A stretch of DNA of 64,000 nt from Ranitomeya imitator (taxonomy: Eukaryota): NCBI RefSeq assembly GCF_032444005.1, contig NC_091287.1, forward strand, positions 25,172,001 to 25,236,000, written 5' to 3'. The notes beneath the pieces are model-generated. The model made no database searches. It saw nothing but the letters and a program-made list of their open reading frames with translations, and was not told the origin of the DNA. This document shows, piece after piece, positions 13,123-26,114 of the stretch. How positions within the stretch are numbered: position 1 is the stretch's first letter; every line of letters begins with the position of its first letter. The position numbers were made by a program, and so were the translations under genes.

Positions 13123-13713
13123 TTAATTAGGTAGGTCATCAATTGTAGATGAAGAGGGTGTGCTGTGCTCCCTTGTGTGCCGCAGACTCTTCAATCAGCT
13201 AATTGTTGGGGATGAATACATTAAAATTGATGATGTATTCAAAAATAATCAATATTAAGCTCATAAAACCCCTTTAAGTAGGCCTCGTTAATCAATGAAG
13301 GGGTTAAGTTCACTGACACAAAGTGTCTCTCACTTCTAGCTCAAAGAGTTCATAGTAAGTTGTCCCCCTTCCCTGAACTTCATCTACCCTTATAGGACAA
13401 TCCATTTAATGGGACGTTCCATCTTTCCCAAACACGGGCGACACAATAGGCAAATGTACACTGCAATTTTTTTTTTAACTTTAGTTTTTATCATATCCAA
13501 AAAGTTCTTTCTTTTTTTTTTTTCAAAATAATTCAAATATGTTGCTATTTAGAAACCATCAGCAAGCAGGCTATATTTATTGTACTTAATGTGCTTATGT
13601 AAAAAAAATATAATAAATATAAAGACAAAAATGAATTAGAAAATATATAAAATTACTAAAAAAAATAAATAAAGTAAAAACAAATCACTCTGTACAAAGC
13701 TGTAATATGCGAT

Positions 13714-13884
13714 AAGGGGCATAACTACAATAGATGCAACGGTTGCAATTGCACCCGAGCCCGAGGGGCCCAAAAAGTCCATTTAGTGTATATGAAAAGA
13801 CCACTACTACTAAAGGCTTGCAATAATTGGGGGCCCAGATGAAGCTTTTGAATTGGGGCCCATGAGATTCAAGCTACACCACTG
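13714..13884. mobile_element. Small hAT-like MITE (degraded)
   Basis: aggggcataactac ... agctacaccactg imperfect termini; no TSD. Confidence 0.35.
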
Positions 13885-14436
13885 CACCCAAGGAGTTTTT
13901 CAAGTTCCTCATAGGACTGTATTTGAGGGGAAAAATATGTGACACGCTCCACCAGTTGGTGAGTATACGGAGGTATGGTGACGTATTGCTTCTACAGAAG
14001 AATAATTCCATTATACGGCGCCATGCAGAGTATCTCCAATTCTTACAAATGTGGCAGCCATGAAATTGTCAGGAACAGCGCTACCACCATCACCAATTTA
14101 CCACGAACCATGACACATGTTCCTCGCTCATGACACATGTTCCTCAGTTGTTACCGTACAGGGGGCCTCTGCTTCCCACACACACTCGTCCACTCACCTA
14201 TTGCAATAGTCTGACAAAGTTTCTCCTCCTAACAACTGTCAGCTACTTATAATTACTCTTTATACACACTCCGTGTCTGCTCTCCATCGGATAACCTGCT
14301 TCAATTACCTGTTGTGATCCAATGATCCCAGCTCAGAACAGGGCAAAGTGCGGCCCGCGGGACACATTCTGCCCTCTGTCTGTTCCAGTCCAGCCGGTGG
14401 ACCGAGACATCAAAGGGGCTGAAAACAGTGGCCCAT

Positions 14437-15233
14437 TGTTATGAATAGGTAATTCAGAACCACAATGGACCTTGAAGTTCAGAGCACACAAAGTGACCTG
14501 ACAATAACCAAACGTGGGAACTCTGCTGACCGCAATCCCTAATCCTATCACACCACACTAGAGGTAGCCGTGGATTGCGCCTAACGCTCCCTATGCAACT
14601 CGGCACAGCCTGAGAAACTAGCTAGACCTGAAGAGAGAAAAATAAGCCTACCTTGCCTCAGAGAAATTCCCCAAAGGAAAAGGCAGCCCCCCACATATAA
14701 TGACTGTGAGTTAAGATGAAAATACAAACACAGAGATGAAATAGATTTAGCAAAGTGAGGCCCGACTTACTGAATAGACCGAGGATAGGAAAGATAGCTT
14801 TGCGGTCAACACAAAAACCTACAAACAACCACGCAGAGGGGCAAAAAGACCCTCCGCACCGACTAACGGTACGGAGGTGCTCCCTCTGCGTCTCAGAGCT
14901 TCCAGCAAGCAAAAAAAACCAATATAGCAAGCTGGACAGAAAATAAAGCAAACAAAAGTAACACAAGCAGAACTTAGCTTATGCTGAGCAGACAGGCCAC
15001 AGGAACGATCCAGGAGGAAGCAAGAACAATACTAGAACATTGACTGGAGGCCAGGATCAAAGCACTAGGTGGAGTTAAATAGAGCAGCACCTAACGACTT
15101 AACCTCATTACCTGAGGAAGGAAACTCAGAAGCCGCAGTACCACTCACATCCACCAACGGAAGCCCATAGACAGAATAAGCCGAAGTACCACTTGTGACC
15201 ACAGGAGGGAGCTCGACCACAGAATTCACAACA
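14437..15233 (-). mobile_element. Solo LTR of the chromovirus family at 49929-54718 (divergent subfamily)
   Basis: Reverse complement aligns along the 49929 LTR; TG...CA termini; 5-bp TSD CCCAT. Confidence 0.95.
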
Positions 15234-15489
15234 CCCATGGGCCGCACCGTGACTGCCCATCCGCCCGCTCTGTCTCTGCAGTCACTCTCCATCCACACTT
15301 GCTGCATTGGTGGAGGATCCTTCCTCCACCAATCAACGTAACAGCTGACGCGATGACATCATGTACTGTACTGCGGCAAGTCAGTTCACCGGAGACAGGA
15401 GCAGAGCGCCGTGGGAATGGAAGAAAGGTGGTGAGTGTGTGGTGTTTTTTTTTTTTTTCATTTATTTATGTGTATGGGATGTTTGGCTG

Positions 15490-16004
15490 AACATGGGGAG
15501 ACTATATGGGTCTCATCATGGACATGGGGAGGCTATAAGGGTCTCATCATGGACATAGGGAGGCTATAAGGGTCTCATCATGGACATAGGGAGGCTATAA
15601 GGGTCTCATCATGGACATGGAGAGGCTGTAAGGGTCTCATCATGGACATGGGGAGGCTATAAGGATCTCATCATGGACATGGAGAGGCTGTAAGGGTCTC
15701 ATCATGGACATGGGGAGGCTATAAGGATCTCATCATGGACATGGAGAGGCTGTAAGGGTCTCATCATGGACATGGGGAGGCTGTAAGGATCTCATCATGG
15801 ACATGGAGAGGCTGTAAGGGTCTCATCATGGACATGGGGAGGCTATAAGTATCTCATCATGGACATGGGGAGGCTATAAGGGTCTCATCATCGACATATG
15901 AAGGCTATAGGTGTCTCATCATGGACATTGATAGGCTCTATTTTGGTTCTCATCATGGACATGGGGAGGCTATATGAGGGTCACATCATGGACATGGGGA
16001 TGCT
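15490..16004. repeat. 31-bp minisatellite
   Basis: Unit GGGTCTCATCATGGACATGGGGAGGCTATAA; resumes at 20333 after the L2. Confidence 0.93.
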
Positions 16005-16180
16005 CAGTCTGCTGCAAATCATCTTTTAACTTCCATCTTTTAACTTCCATCTTTTAAATTACATCTTTTTAATTATGATTTTGAATTAGACTGAATTCTA
16101 GAATGCATTTGGCTACTCATCACTACTACAATATTATCATCATCTGCACCATCTAATCGAGCTGTTCTCCTCTTCCCACA

Positions 16181-16506
16181 GGTATGCACTGACTTTACCC
16201 AGCTCTCCCTGGCTTCTGAATGTCTCTGTATACTGCATTGATTTTCCATGGTATGCACTGACTTTACCCAGTTCTCCCTGGCTTCTGAATGTCTCTGTAT
16301 ACTGCATTGATTTTCCATGGTATGCACTGACTTTACCCAGCTCTCCCTGGCTTCTGAATGTCTCTGTATACTGCATTGATTTTCCATGGTATGCACTGAC
16401 TTTACCCAGCTCTCCCTGGCTTCTGAATGTCTCTGTATACTGCATTGATTTTCCATGGTATGCACTGACTTTACCCAGCTCTCCCTGGCTTCTGAATGTC
16501 TCTGTA
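16181..16506. repeat. 69-bp tandem repeat (~4.7 copies) in the L2 5' region
   Basis: Units start at 16181, 16250, 16319, 16388, 16457. Confidence 0.95.
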
Positions 16507-16916
16507 GATTGCACTGGCTTTTCTATGCTTCCCCTGGATCTGAGTGTCTTGGTGCTGCACATATAATCCTTTTAGTATGCTTTCTTACCTATCAGCTTGT
16601 TTTCCATGACCTGTTTTCATGTCTCTCATTGTGTGATCCTGGCATCTCTTTGAGTGGTCAGTCTTACCCCTCCCTCACTTTATGACCTTTGCTTAACTCT
16701 CTACATCTGGTCTCCCATACCCAGCCACCTCCTCATTCACACCTGATTGCCCTTAACTGGGGATATATTCACATATAGGAGTCTGCTATAGACTCAGTCT
16801 GCTGCAAATCATCTTTTAACTTCCATCTTTTCAATTACATCTTTTTAATTATGATTCTGAATTAGACTGAATTGGACTGGAATTGACTGGAAGGTAACAG
16901 AACACCAACCACTACA

Positions 16917-19900
16917 ATGTTTCGGTTTCTTTTCTCTTTCACCCCCATACTACTTTCCTTCTTACAATCTCCTGCAATCCCTCCTCCTAGTAAGGAACTA
17001 GTCATTTCTTCCTCCATACTCCCCAGCCATCTCACCTTCTCCTCAGAACTGTTCCTCCACATACAATCCTTTTCATCCAGACACACACGGCCACATCATG
17101 TTCTATCCTGCTCCCACCTTCTAATGATCTGTCTGTTACTCCTCATTGCTGGTGACATATCCCCAAATCCCGGCCCTCCCCAATTCATCCCCACACTCGT
17201 TTCTAACCCCCTGCCACGATCCTCCGCACGTTTTCCCAACCACGACAACCTCATACCCATTCATCCAGCCCCCACTCCCCAGCTCCCCCTACTTGGAGCA
17301 CTATGGAACGCACGCTCCATCTGCAACAAACTGCCATTTATCCATGACCTCTTCATCACCAACAAACTCTCCTTCCTCGGCCTCACTGAAACCTGGCTCA
17401 CCCCCTCTGACTCGGCCTCTCCAGCTGCGCTCTCCTATGGCGGATTCCACCTCTCTCACACCCCTCGCCCCAGCAACAAACGATGTGGAGGAGTTGGCTT
17501 GCTTCTGTCCGACACCTGCTCCTTCACTCCAATCCCGCTACCACCCTCCGCTACTCTTCCCTCGTTTGAGGTGCACTCTGTCCGCATCTATTCCCCCTCC
17601 AACCTCCAGCTGGCTGTCATCTACCGCCCCCAGAACTAGCCATCTCCACCTTTCTCGACCACTTCACCACCTGGCTACTTCATTTCCTCTCTGTTGACAT
17701 CCCCACTATCATCATGGGTGATTTCAATGTCCCCATTGACACTTTCACCTCAGCTACCTCTAAACTTTTATCACTGACTGCCTCCTTTGGCCTCACTCAA
17801 TGGTCCTCTGAGGCCACTCACAAAGATGGCCACACGCTGGACCTCATCTTCACCCGCCTCTGCTCCCTTACTAACCTCACTAACACACCCCTCCCCCTGT
17901 CTGACCACAACCTACTGACATTCTCGTCCCTCTCCTCTCCTAGTGTGCAACCCCCACTCCACAAACTCACTCACCCTCGCAGAAATCTCAAACATCTCAA
18001 CTTACAATCACTCTCTGAGTCCCTTCTCCCTCTCACAGACATAGCTTCCCTTCATGACACAGATGCTGCTGCCACTTTTTATAACACCACAATAACAACA
18101 ACACTCGATTCGGCCGCCCCACTCATGCATAGTAAAACTCGTACAATTAACAGGCAGCCCTGGCTGACCAGCCTGACCAAAGAATTGAGACGGGCTTCCA
18201 GGATTGCTGAGCGGAGATGGAAGCGATCCCACTCTGCCGACCACTTCACTGCATACAAGCAGTCCCTCGCCAGCTTCAAGTCTGCGCTCACTGCCGCAAA
18301 ACAAACTTACTTCTCATCTCTCATATCCTCCCTGTCTCACAACCCTAAACAGCTTTTCAACACTTTCAATTCTCTACTCCGTCCCCCCGCACCTCCTCCC
18401 TCCCCCCTCATTTCTGCTGATGACTTCGCCTCTTTCTTTAAACAGAAGATCGATACGATCAGAGAAAGCTTTGGCCCACAGCGCCCACTGCCCCTCTTAG
18501 CTGCTCAACCCTGCTCCTCCAAAACCAGCTTCTCCACCATGACAGAAGATCAGCTCTCCACCCTCCTGTCAAGATCACACCTCACCACCTGCACGCTTGA
18601 CCCGCTCCCATCCCACCTCATCCCTAACCTTTCCACGGTCTTCATCCCAACCCTAACGCACCTCTTCAACCTCTCACTCACAACAGGTGTCTTTCCCTCA
18701 TCCTTCAAGCATGCCAAGATCACACCCATCCTCAAAAAGCCCTCCCTCGACCCATCCTCTGTGTCTAGCTATCGCCCAATATCTCTTCTCCCTTATGCCT
18801 CCAAATTGCTGGAGCAACACGTCCATCTTGAACTGTCCTCCCACTTCTCCTCCTGCTCCCTCTTTGATCGGTTACAATCAGGCTTCCATTCCCATCACTC
18901 AACTGAAACTGCCCTAACTAAGTCACCAATGACCTACTAACTGCCAGGAGCAAGCGACACTACTCTGTCCTCCTTCTCCTGGACTTGTCTTCTGCCTTTG
19001 ACACTGTTGACCACTCCCTTTTGCTACAAATCCTCTCATCCCTTGGCATCACAGACTTGGCCCTTTCCTGGATCTCGTCATATCTAACAGACCGAACATT
19101 CAGTGTCTCCCTCCCCCACACCACCTCCTCACTTCGCCCCTTGTCAGTCGGTGTTCCTCAAGGCTCTGTTCTAGGACCCCTACTCTTCTCCATCTACACT
19201 TTCGGCCTGGGACAGCTCATAGAATCCCACGGTATGCAGTACCATCTCTACGCTGACCACACGCAGATCTACCTCTCCGGACCTGACCTCTCCTCCTTGC
19301 TTACCAAAATCCCGCACTGTCTGTCTGCCATTTCAGCCTTCTTTTCTGCTCGCTTTCTACAACTGAACATGGACAAAACAGAATTCATCATCTTTCCCCC
19401 ATCTCACTCTACCCCTCCACCAGACCTATCCATCAATGTCAATGGCTGCTCACTATCCCCAGTCCCACTCGCCCGGTGCCTCGGGGTGATCCTCGACTCT
19501 GCCCTCTCTTTCAAGCCACATATCCAAGCCCTTGCCTCCTCCTGTCGTCTCAAACTCAAAAATATTTCCCGGATCCATGCTTTCCTTGACCGCAACACTG
19601 CAAAAACAATAGTGCATGCCCTTATCATCTCCCGCCTCGACTACTGCAACCTCCTACTCTTTGGACTCCCCTCTAGCACTCTGGCACCACTCCAATCCAT
19701 CCTACACTCTGCTGCCCGACTAATCCACCTGTCCCCCCGCTATTCCCCAACCTCTCCCCTGTGTCAAGCCCTTCACTGGCTTCCTATCGCCCAGAGACTC
19801 CAGTTCAAAACCCTCACACTGACATACAAAGCCATCCACAACCTGTCTCCTCCATACATCTGTGACATGGTCTCCCGGTACCTACCTACACGCGACCTCC

Positions 19901-20091
19901 GATCCTCCCAAGACCTCCTTCTCTACTCCCCTCTCATCTCTTCTTCCCATAACCGCATCCAAGACTTCTCCCGTGCTTCCCCCATACTCTGGAACTCTCT
20001 ACCCCAACACATCAGACTTGCGCCTACCATAGAAACCTTCAAAAAGAACCTGAAGACTCATCTCTTCCGACAAGCCTACAGCCTGCAGTGA
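16917..20091 (+). pseudogene. L2 ORF2 (leader + 2A-like peptide + AP endonuclease + reverse transcriptase), frameshifted
   Basis: GDISPNPGP; APE motifs WNARS, LTETWL, GDFN, GHTLDL, SDH; [10 protein letters not shown]; catalytic YADD reads YADH; frameshifts near 17630 and 18920. Confidence 0.93.
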
Positions 20092-20301
20092 TCCTCAACC
20101 TACTGAACAGCCGCACAGCCAGCTCTTCCCTCTCCTAGTGTATCCTCACCCACCCCCTGCAGACTGTGAGCCCTCGCGGGCAGGGTCCTCCCTCCTTATG
20201 TACTCGTGTGCCTTGTTATCTGCTCATGTTTAATGTATTTGTCTATATTTGCCCCGTATTCACATGTAAAGCGCCATGGAATAAATGGCGCTATAAAAAT
20301 G

Positions 20302-20332
<31 letters not shown>

Positions 20333-20335
<3 letters not shown>

Positions 20336-21270
20336 CTATATGGGGGTCTCATCATGGACATGGGGATGCTATATGGAGGTTTTATCATGGACATTGATAG
20401 GCTCTATTTTGGTTCTCATCATGGACAGGGGAGGCTATATGGGGGTTTCATCATGGACATGGGAAGGCTATATGGGGGTCTCATCATGGATATAGAAGGC
20501 TATGGGGGTCTTATGGACATGGGGAGGCTATATGTGGGTCTCAACATGGCCATGGGGAGGCTGTGCGGGCCACAGATGCTGTCCATAAGAAGGCTGTGCG
20601 GGCCACAGATGCTGTCCATAAGGAGGCTGTGCAGGTCTCAGATGCTGGCCATGGGGAGGCTGTGCGGGTCTCAGATGCTTGCCATGGGGAGGTTGTGTGG
20701 GCCTCAGATGCTGTCCATAAGGAGGCTGTGCATGTCTCAGATGCTGGCCATGGGGAGGCTGTGCGGGCCTCAGATGCTGGCCATGGGGAGGCTGTGCGGG
20801 TCTCAGATACTGGCCATGGGGAGGATGTGCAGGTCTCAGATGCTGGCCATGGGGAGGCTGTGCAGGTCTCAGATGCTGGCCATGGGGAGGCTGTGCGGGT
20901 CTCAGATGCTGGCCATGGAGAGGCTGTGCAAGATTCAGATGCTGGCTATGGAGAGGCTGGGTGAGCCTCAGATGCTGGCCAGGGGGAGGCTGTGCAGGTC
21001 TCAGATGCTGGCCATGGGGAGGTTGTGTGGGTCTCAGATGCTGGCTATGGGGAGGCTGTGCAGGCCTCAGATGCTGGCCATGGGGAGGCTGTGCAGGCCT
21101 CATATAGTGGCCATGGGGAGGCTGTGTGGGCCTCATACAGTGGCCATGGGGAGGCTGTGCGGGCCTCATATAGTGGCCATGGGGAGGCTGTGCGGGCCTC
21201 ATACAGTGGCCATGGGGAGGCTGTGCGGGCCTCATATAGTGGCCATGGGGAGGCTGTGTTGGCCTCATGA
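20333..21270. repeat. Minisatellite grading from the 31-bp unit to a 33-bp unit
   Basis: 33-bp unit GGCCATGGGGAGGCTGTGCGGGTCTCAGATGCT; source of the 11-aa-periodic ORFs. Confidence 0.93.
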
Positions 21271-21343
21271 GATATATTAAAGGGACTGTATTCGGGTTCA
21301 AAAACTATATAGGGGGAAGTCAGCATACTTAATTCTGCTCAAT

Positions 21344-22013
21344 TGTCACGCCATAAACGGTGATAAAGGGGCAGGACGGCGTACTGGGACCCGCACCTGT
21401 CCCTACCGCTTAAATGGGGCCCTGGCTTTCCCTTATCTCGGGGGTACCTATGATGGTTAGGAGGCCCGTGCCGCCAGCATATCCCTGTCTCCTGTGCAGG
21501 CCCTATCAGGGGTCCCCTCTCCCCCCAAAGGAGGTGGACTGCACCAGTGTAATAATACAACAAATAACAGGGTATACAGACAAGGTAACTAAAAGTCTCA
21601 AACTCAGCAAATGCTCACACAACCACAGAGGAAACACAGAGAAGGGAAGAGAAGGAATAAACTTAGGAAGAAAAACAGGTTTAACATGCAAACAAAACAG
21701 CAGACACCAATCTCTGTAAATAAACCTCCAACACAAACACTACGCTCCTTCAACCTCCAAGCCAGGCAGTAGAACTGATCACTGACACTAGCTGAAGTCA
21801 GGACTGGGTCTATATAGAGGATCAGATTACAAAATCCACTTCAGCTGAGAGAGACCCAGCTCTCAGCAACTCAGCAATAAGGTTAACTCCTGCACTGCTG
21901 GCACAAAGCAGCCAGGTCAGAATACAGGTGAAGAGCTTCTGTTCACTGTGTGTGAACGAGGCCCAGAGCGCTGCGGTTCTCTGGAACCTCTCTGTCGCGG
22001 TAGCCCCGTGACA
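21344..22013 (-). mobile_element. Solo LTR (670 bp)
   Basis: tgtcacg...cgtgaca termini, 5-bp TSD TCAAT; TATA-like tatataga at ~21811. Confidence 0.85.
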
Positions 22014-24049
22014 TCAATATTAAGTGATATAATTAATATCAATATTAATATTACAATTATAATTAATATGTTGATATTAATATTGTGCCTAATTAATTTG
22101 AGCCTATTGGTTTGGTCCTCCACAACAGTCACGGTCTCTCATGCGGCCCCTTGGGAAAATGAATTGCCCACCCGTGCCCCAGCCTATAGCTCGATTTATA
22201 ACACATGACTTTCCATAAAACATTGTGACCAAGCTTTCTCACTGTTTTTGTACTTTAGGCACACTCTGCTAGTACTGTAGCGCCTACAGGTGCCAAGTTG
22301 CTGGCTGCTACATTGGTATGAAGAGATACAATCCCCCAGTCAATACCTTCAACAGGGAACACAAGGGGACAACCCAGGACTCGTACTGATTGAATTTTGA
22401 TATTTTTCTGGTCTTTCAATAATTTTGTATTCCTTCCCAGCACAGTGATGAAACTCCAAGTACTTGTGGATTGACATGCAGCCCCATCCGCTGCCAACAC
22501 TGGAAATTTGTCATTTGGAAAGATTATTTTTTCTCAATCCAGGATTCTGATGCCTCCAAAATAACAGGATTACTGGCAGCGGACTCCAATTGTTTTACTG
22601 AAATTGGCATCTTAACATTGGATGTCAAAAGGATGTCACAATTTTGCTTTTCAGAGATGAGAGTCCTTAGAGTTTTCAGTAGAGAATTGATGTATCAGCA
22701 CAGTGGTGTCTACCGGAGATAAAATTAATTCAGTTCCAACAGTTTCACCTTAAAATTAATATTTACTCTTCTTTTTTATTGATCTAATGTTTTGCTTTTT
22801 CCTTTTAAAATCCAGAAAATTGTAAGTTACGTGATAACCATTAATTTGCTTGCATAAACCACTGCCATTTTATTAATCTTCCATAGTTCCCCATTTTTAT
22901 TGCAATATTGAGAATTCCTTCTCATTCTAAGCGGATAGTACTAGCAGATTAATACATCTTTTACAGCTTTTAAAGGGAATCTGACACCATAATTAGGCTG
23001 CGAGAGGATGGATGTCTTTACGCACCAGTACTCACACAAGGTGATTTTATCAGACAGCTTGACTCGACTGCAGAGGCGTGTATGAAGATTCCAGAAGAAG
23101 GTTCATTTTCCAATGGAACTTTTGCATCATGCACAATGGCCGTAGCTGCACTAGCAGTTGGTAAAATGACAATTCTGAACCAGAGATGAATCTCAGACAA
23201 ATATGGCTGACACACACTGGAAGAAGGGAGGGGTCAGTAATATCAGAGCTGGCTACAGGGAGAGAGACAGGACAAACTTCTGAAAGGCAAACCTCTTTCC
23301 ATAGCAATGTAATAGGAACAATACAACGATAACACAATACTGTGTGATTCCAGAGTTGTGAGGAATGATACTGTTACCAGGTATTTGCAACTTAGTCTGA
23401 AAGCAGCGATGTGTCACTTATTGGGCTGCTTTCTGTAGTTTCGATAAAATTTCTAACCCGTCCCCCACCACTAATTGGCAGCTTTCTGCCTATGCACATT
23501 GTAAACAGAAAGCTGCCAATCAGTGGTGTGGGCGGGGTTATACAGAGCTCAGTATTCAGAGCTCTGATAGATCTGCAGCAAGCAGTCCTGCAAGTAATGA
23601 ATCACTGGAATTATGGTCTCTGTCCCTACATTATGCTGATCTCAGATGGAAGAGCAAAAACCTAGTGACAGTTTTACGCAACAGTGAATGTGTTATCAGA
23701 AAATTACTATTGTTTCAATTTTTTTTTGTGTTAAATGTACTTTTGAAAATTTTTTGCCAATGTTTTTTTTCCCATTTCTCAATCTTTATTAAAAATTAAA
23801 ATAGGATTACTACTGAAGATTTTCTAGACTCTAACTTCCTGTTGTTTCAAGAAACAACAAATGTACATTGCGAGAGGAACGAAGAGCCTCAGAACCTAAG
23901 TTTTTTATTCAGGCATCTAATGAGCCTGTGTAAAATTCATTTTAAAGGGAGGAGGAGTAGAGGTAGCTGTGACGTAAGTGATTGTGATTCATGGATCCTG
24001 TGTTATTAGCTGTGTATAAAGATGTTATCAGTAATTTTACAATAGGTGG

Positions 24050-24840
24050 AGGAGGTGAGCTGTGACACCACTTATTGTAAATGGTGGATCCTGTGTTATC
24101 TACTGTATATAGAGGTGTTATCAGTCATTGTACAGGAGGAGGAGGTGAGCTGTGACATCACCTATTGTGAATGGTGGATCCTATGTTATCTACTGTATGT
24201 AGAGGTGTTATCAGTCATTGTACAGGAGGACGACGAGGTGAGCTGTGACATCACCTATTGTGAATACTGGATCCTGTGTTATCTACTGTATGTAGAGGTG
24301 TTATCAGTCATTGTACAGGAGGAGGAGGTGAGCTGTGACATCACCTATAGTGAATGGTGGATCCTGTCTTATCTACTGTATATAGAGGTGTTATCAGTCA
24401 TTGTACAGGAGGGGGAGGTGAGCTGTGATATCACCTATTGTGAATGGTGGATCCTGTGTTATCTACTGTATATAGAGGTGTTATCAGTCATTGTACAGGA
24501 GGAGGAGGTGAGCTGTAACATCACCTATTGTGAATGGTGGATCCTGTGTTATCTACTGTATATAGAGGTGTTATTAGTCATTGTACAGGAGGAGGAGGTG
24601 AGCTGTGACATCACCTATTATGAATGGTGGATCCTGTGTTATCTGCTGTATATAGAGGTGTTATCAGTCATTGTACAGGAGGAGGAGGTGAGCTGTGACA
24701 TCACCTGTTGTGAATGGTGGATCCTGTGTTATCTGCTGTATATAGAGGTGTTATCAGTCATTGTACAGGAGGAGGAGGTGAGCTGTGATATCACCTATTG
24801 TGAATGGTGGATCCTGTGTTATCTACTGTATATAGAGGTG
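24050..24840. repeat. 90-bp minisatellite (~9 units)
   Basis: 30-aa periodicity of ORF 24046-24891; unit GGAGGTGAGCTGTGACATCACCTATTGTGAATGG...TGTACAGGAGGA. Confidence 0.93.
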
Positions 24841-25221
24841 AAATTTTCTATAAGAGGCTGTATAATTAAAAGGAAGCACAGGTCTCATTAATAGTATGAG
24901 GAGGCACAGAGGGGTCAATATTATTGATTTGGATACAGAGGGACATTATTACTGTCTAGGGCACTAGTTATAGCATTATATGATTTGTGTAGAGGTGGGA
25001 GAATGTGAGTAGGGGGCTGGAAAAGTAGTAAGCCAAAGATGTCTGTGTGCTACATTCTGCAGAGATGAGCCATGGAGGGAAGAAGTCATAGCGGTCTGGG
25101 TATAATGGAAAAGAAAAGGGAAATGACTACAATCAGCAAGAATGTCACTGGTGATTATCTGTACAGTACACACATACAGTCTGTGGTCTGCAGACACCGG
25201 TGTCAACTGACATCACCATTA

Positions 25222-25758
25222 GGCTACTTTCACACTTCAGGTTTTCGCTGTCTGGCTGAATCCGGCTACTTTTTAAAAAAATGGATCCGTTGCAAATTGT
25301 GAAAATCTCATGTAACGGATCCGTTTTTTTCCAGATCCGAATAGCTGATATCCGGACACCATCTGGTCCGGGGAGGAGAGAGAGAGCAAGAGAGAGAGAC
25401 TCCAGAACAGAAAATGCTGCTACAGAGCATGCTCAATTGAAAAAAACCTTGAATCCGTTGCCGGATTCATCATTTCACGGATCCGGCACCATAGACTTTC
25501 ATTATAGCAAACTCCAGACGCCGTCGGAGTCGTCGCTGTCCGTTTTTTAGCCGGACAAAAAAAAGTTACTATGTCCGTTTTCTCCGGCCGCCGGAAAACA
25601 CATTTTCGACGGATCTGGTCAGGCCATCCGTCACAATCTGGCGCTAATACAAGTCTATGAGAAAAAAACGGATCTGGCGGCAACTTTTGCCAGATCCGTT
25701 TTTTTCAAAATTCTCCGGATTAAGCCCGATGGCAAAAACCTGATGTGTTAAAGTAGCC
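25222..25758. mobile_element. PIF/Harbinger-type MITE
   Basis: TTA|ggctactttcacacttcagg ... cctgatgtgttaaagtagcc|TTA. Confidence 0.88.
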
Positions 25759-26114
25759 TTACATAGTTACTGTATGGTGGTAATATTTGGTTATGGTCTG
25801 GCGGTATTATTGGTCTGTTATATTGCAATATTGATGGTGATATTGATCATGGCACAGTTGTGTTTGGTAAAGATCAGTATGGAGGCATTATTGCTCAAAT
25901 ATTTAGTGGTATTATGTGGTCATAATGAGGCGGGATTACTTTATCTTTTATAGCGGTATCATTATTAATACCGGTCTTGCATGAAATTTTGAATTTCTCC
26001 AATGTCATGCGGGGTCACATTTGTAATAGAATAAATAAATAAGGCAGCACACTGCGGCACTAAAACATGCAAACATGAAACAAGTTGGTGACTATAGGTT
26101 CAGCACCTGTTCAC

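Larger units (their letters stand above)
16005..20332 (+). mobile_element. Near full-length L2 LINE (inactive copy)
   Basis: APE+RT ORF2 fragments, L2 3' UTR, (AAT)n tail, TSD ATGCT (16000-16004, 20333-20337). Confidence 0.95.
14334..22176. mobile_element. Non-autonomous hAT-like element carrying a minisatellite; host of three nested insertions
   Basis: Left end cagaacagggcaaagtgcggcccgcggg; right end gcggccccttgggaaaatgaattgcccacccgtg; flanks TCCCAGCT/CCCCAGCC (6/8 match, 8-bp hAT TSD). Confidence 0.55.

Noticed and set aside
20333-21326. 315-aa and 257-aa repetitive ORFs (mucin/His-Pro-like)
   Set aside because: The 33-bp unit is a multiple of 3 and open on both strands; minisatellite artefact.
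22014-22105. AT-rich palindrome
   Set aside because: Explained as the subterminal region of the hAT-like element; low complexity.
24046-24891. 281-aa ORF with 30-aa Cys/Trp repeats
   Set aside because: Product of the 90-bp minisatellite.
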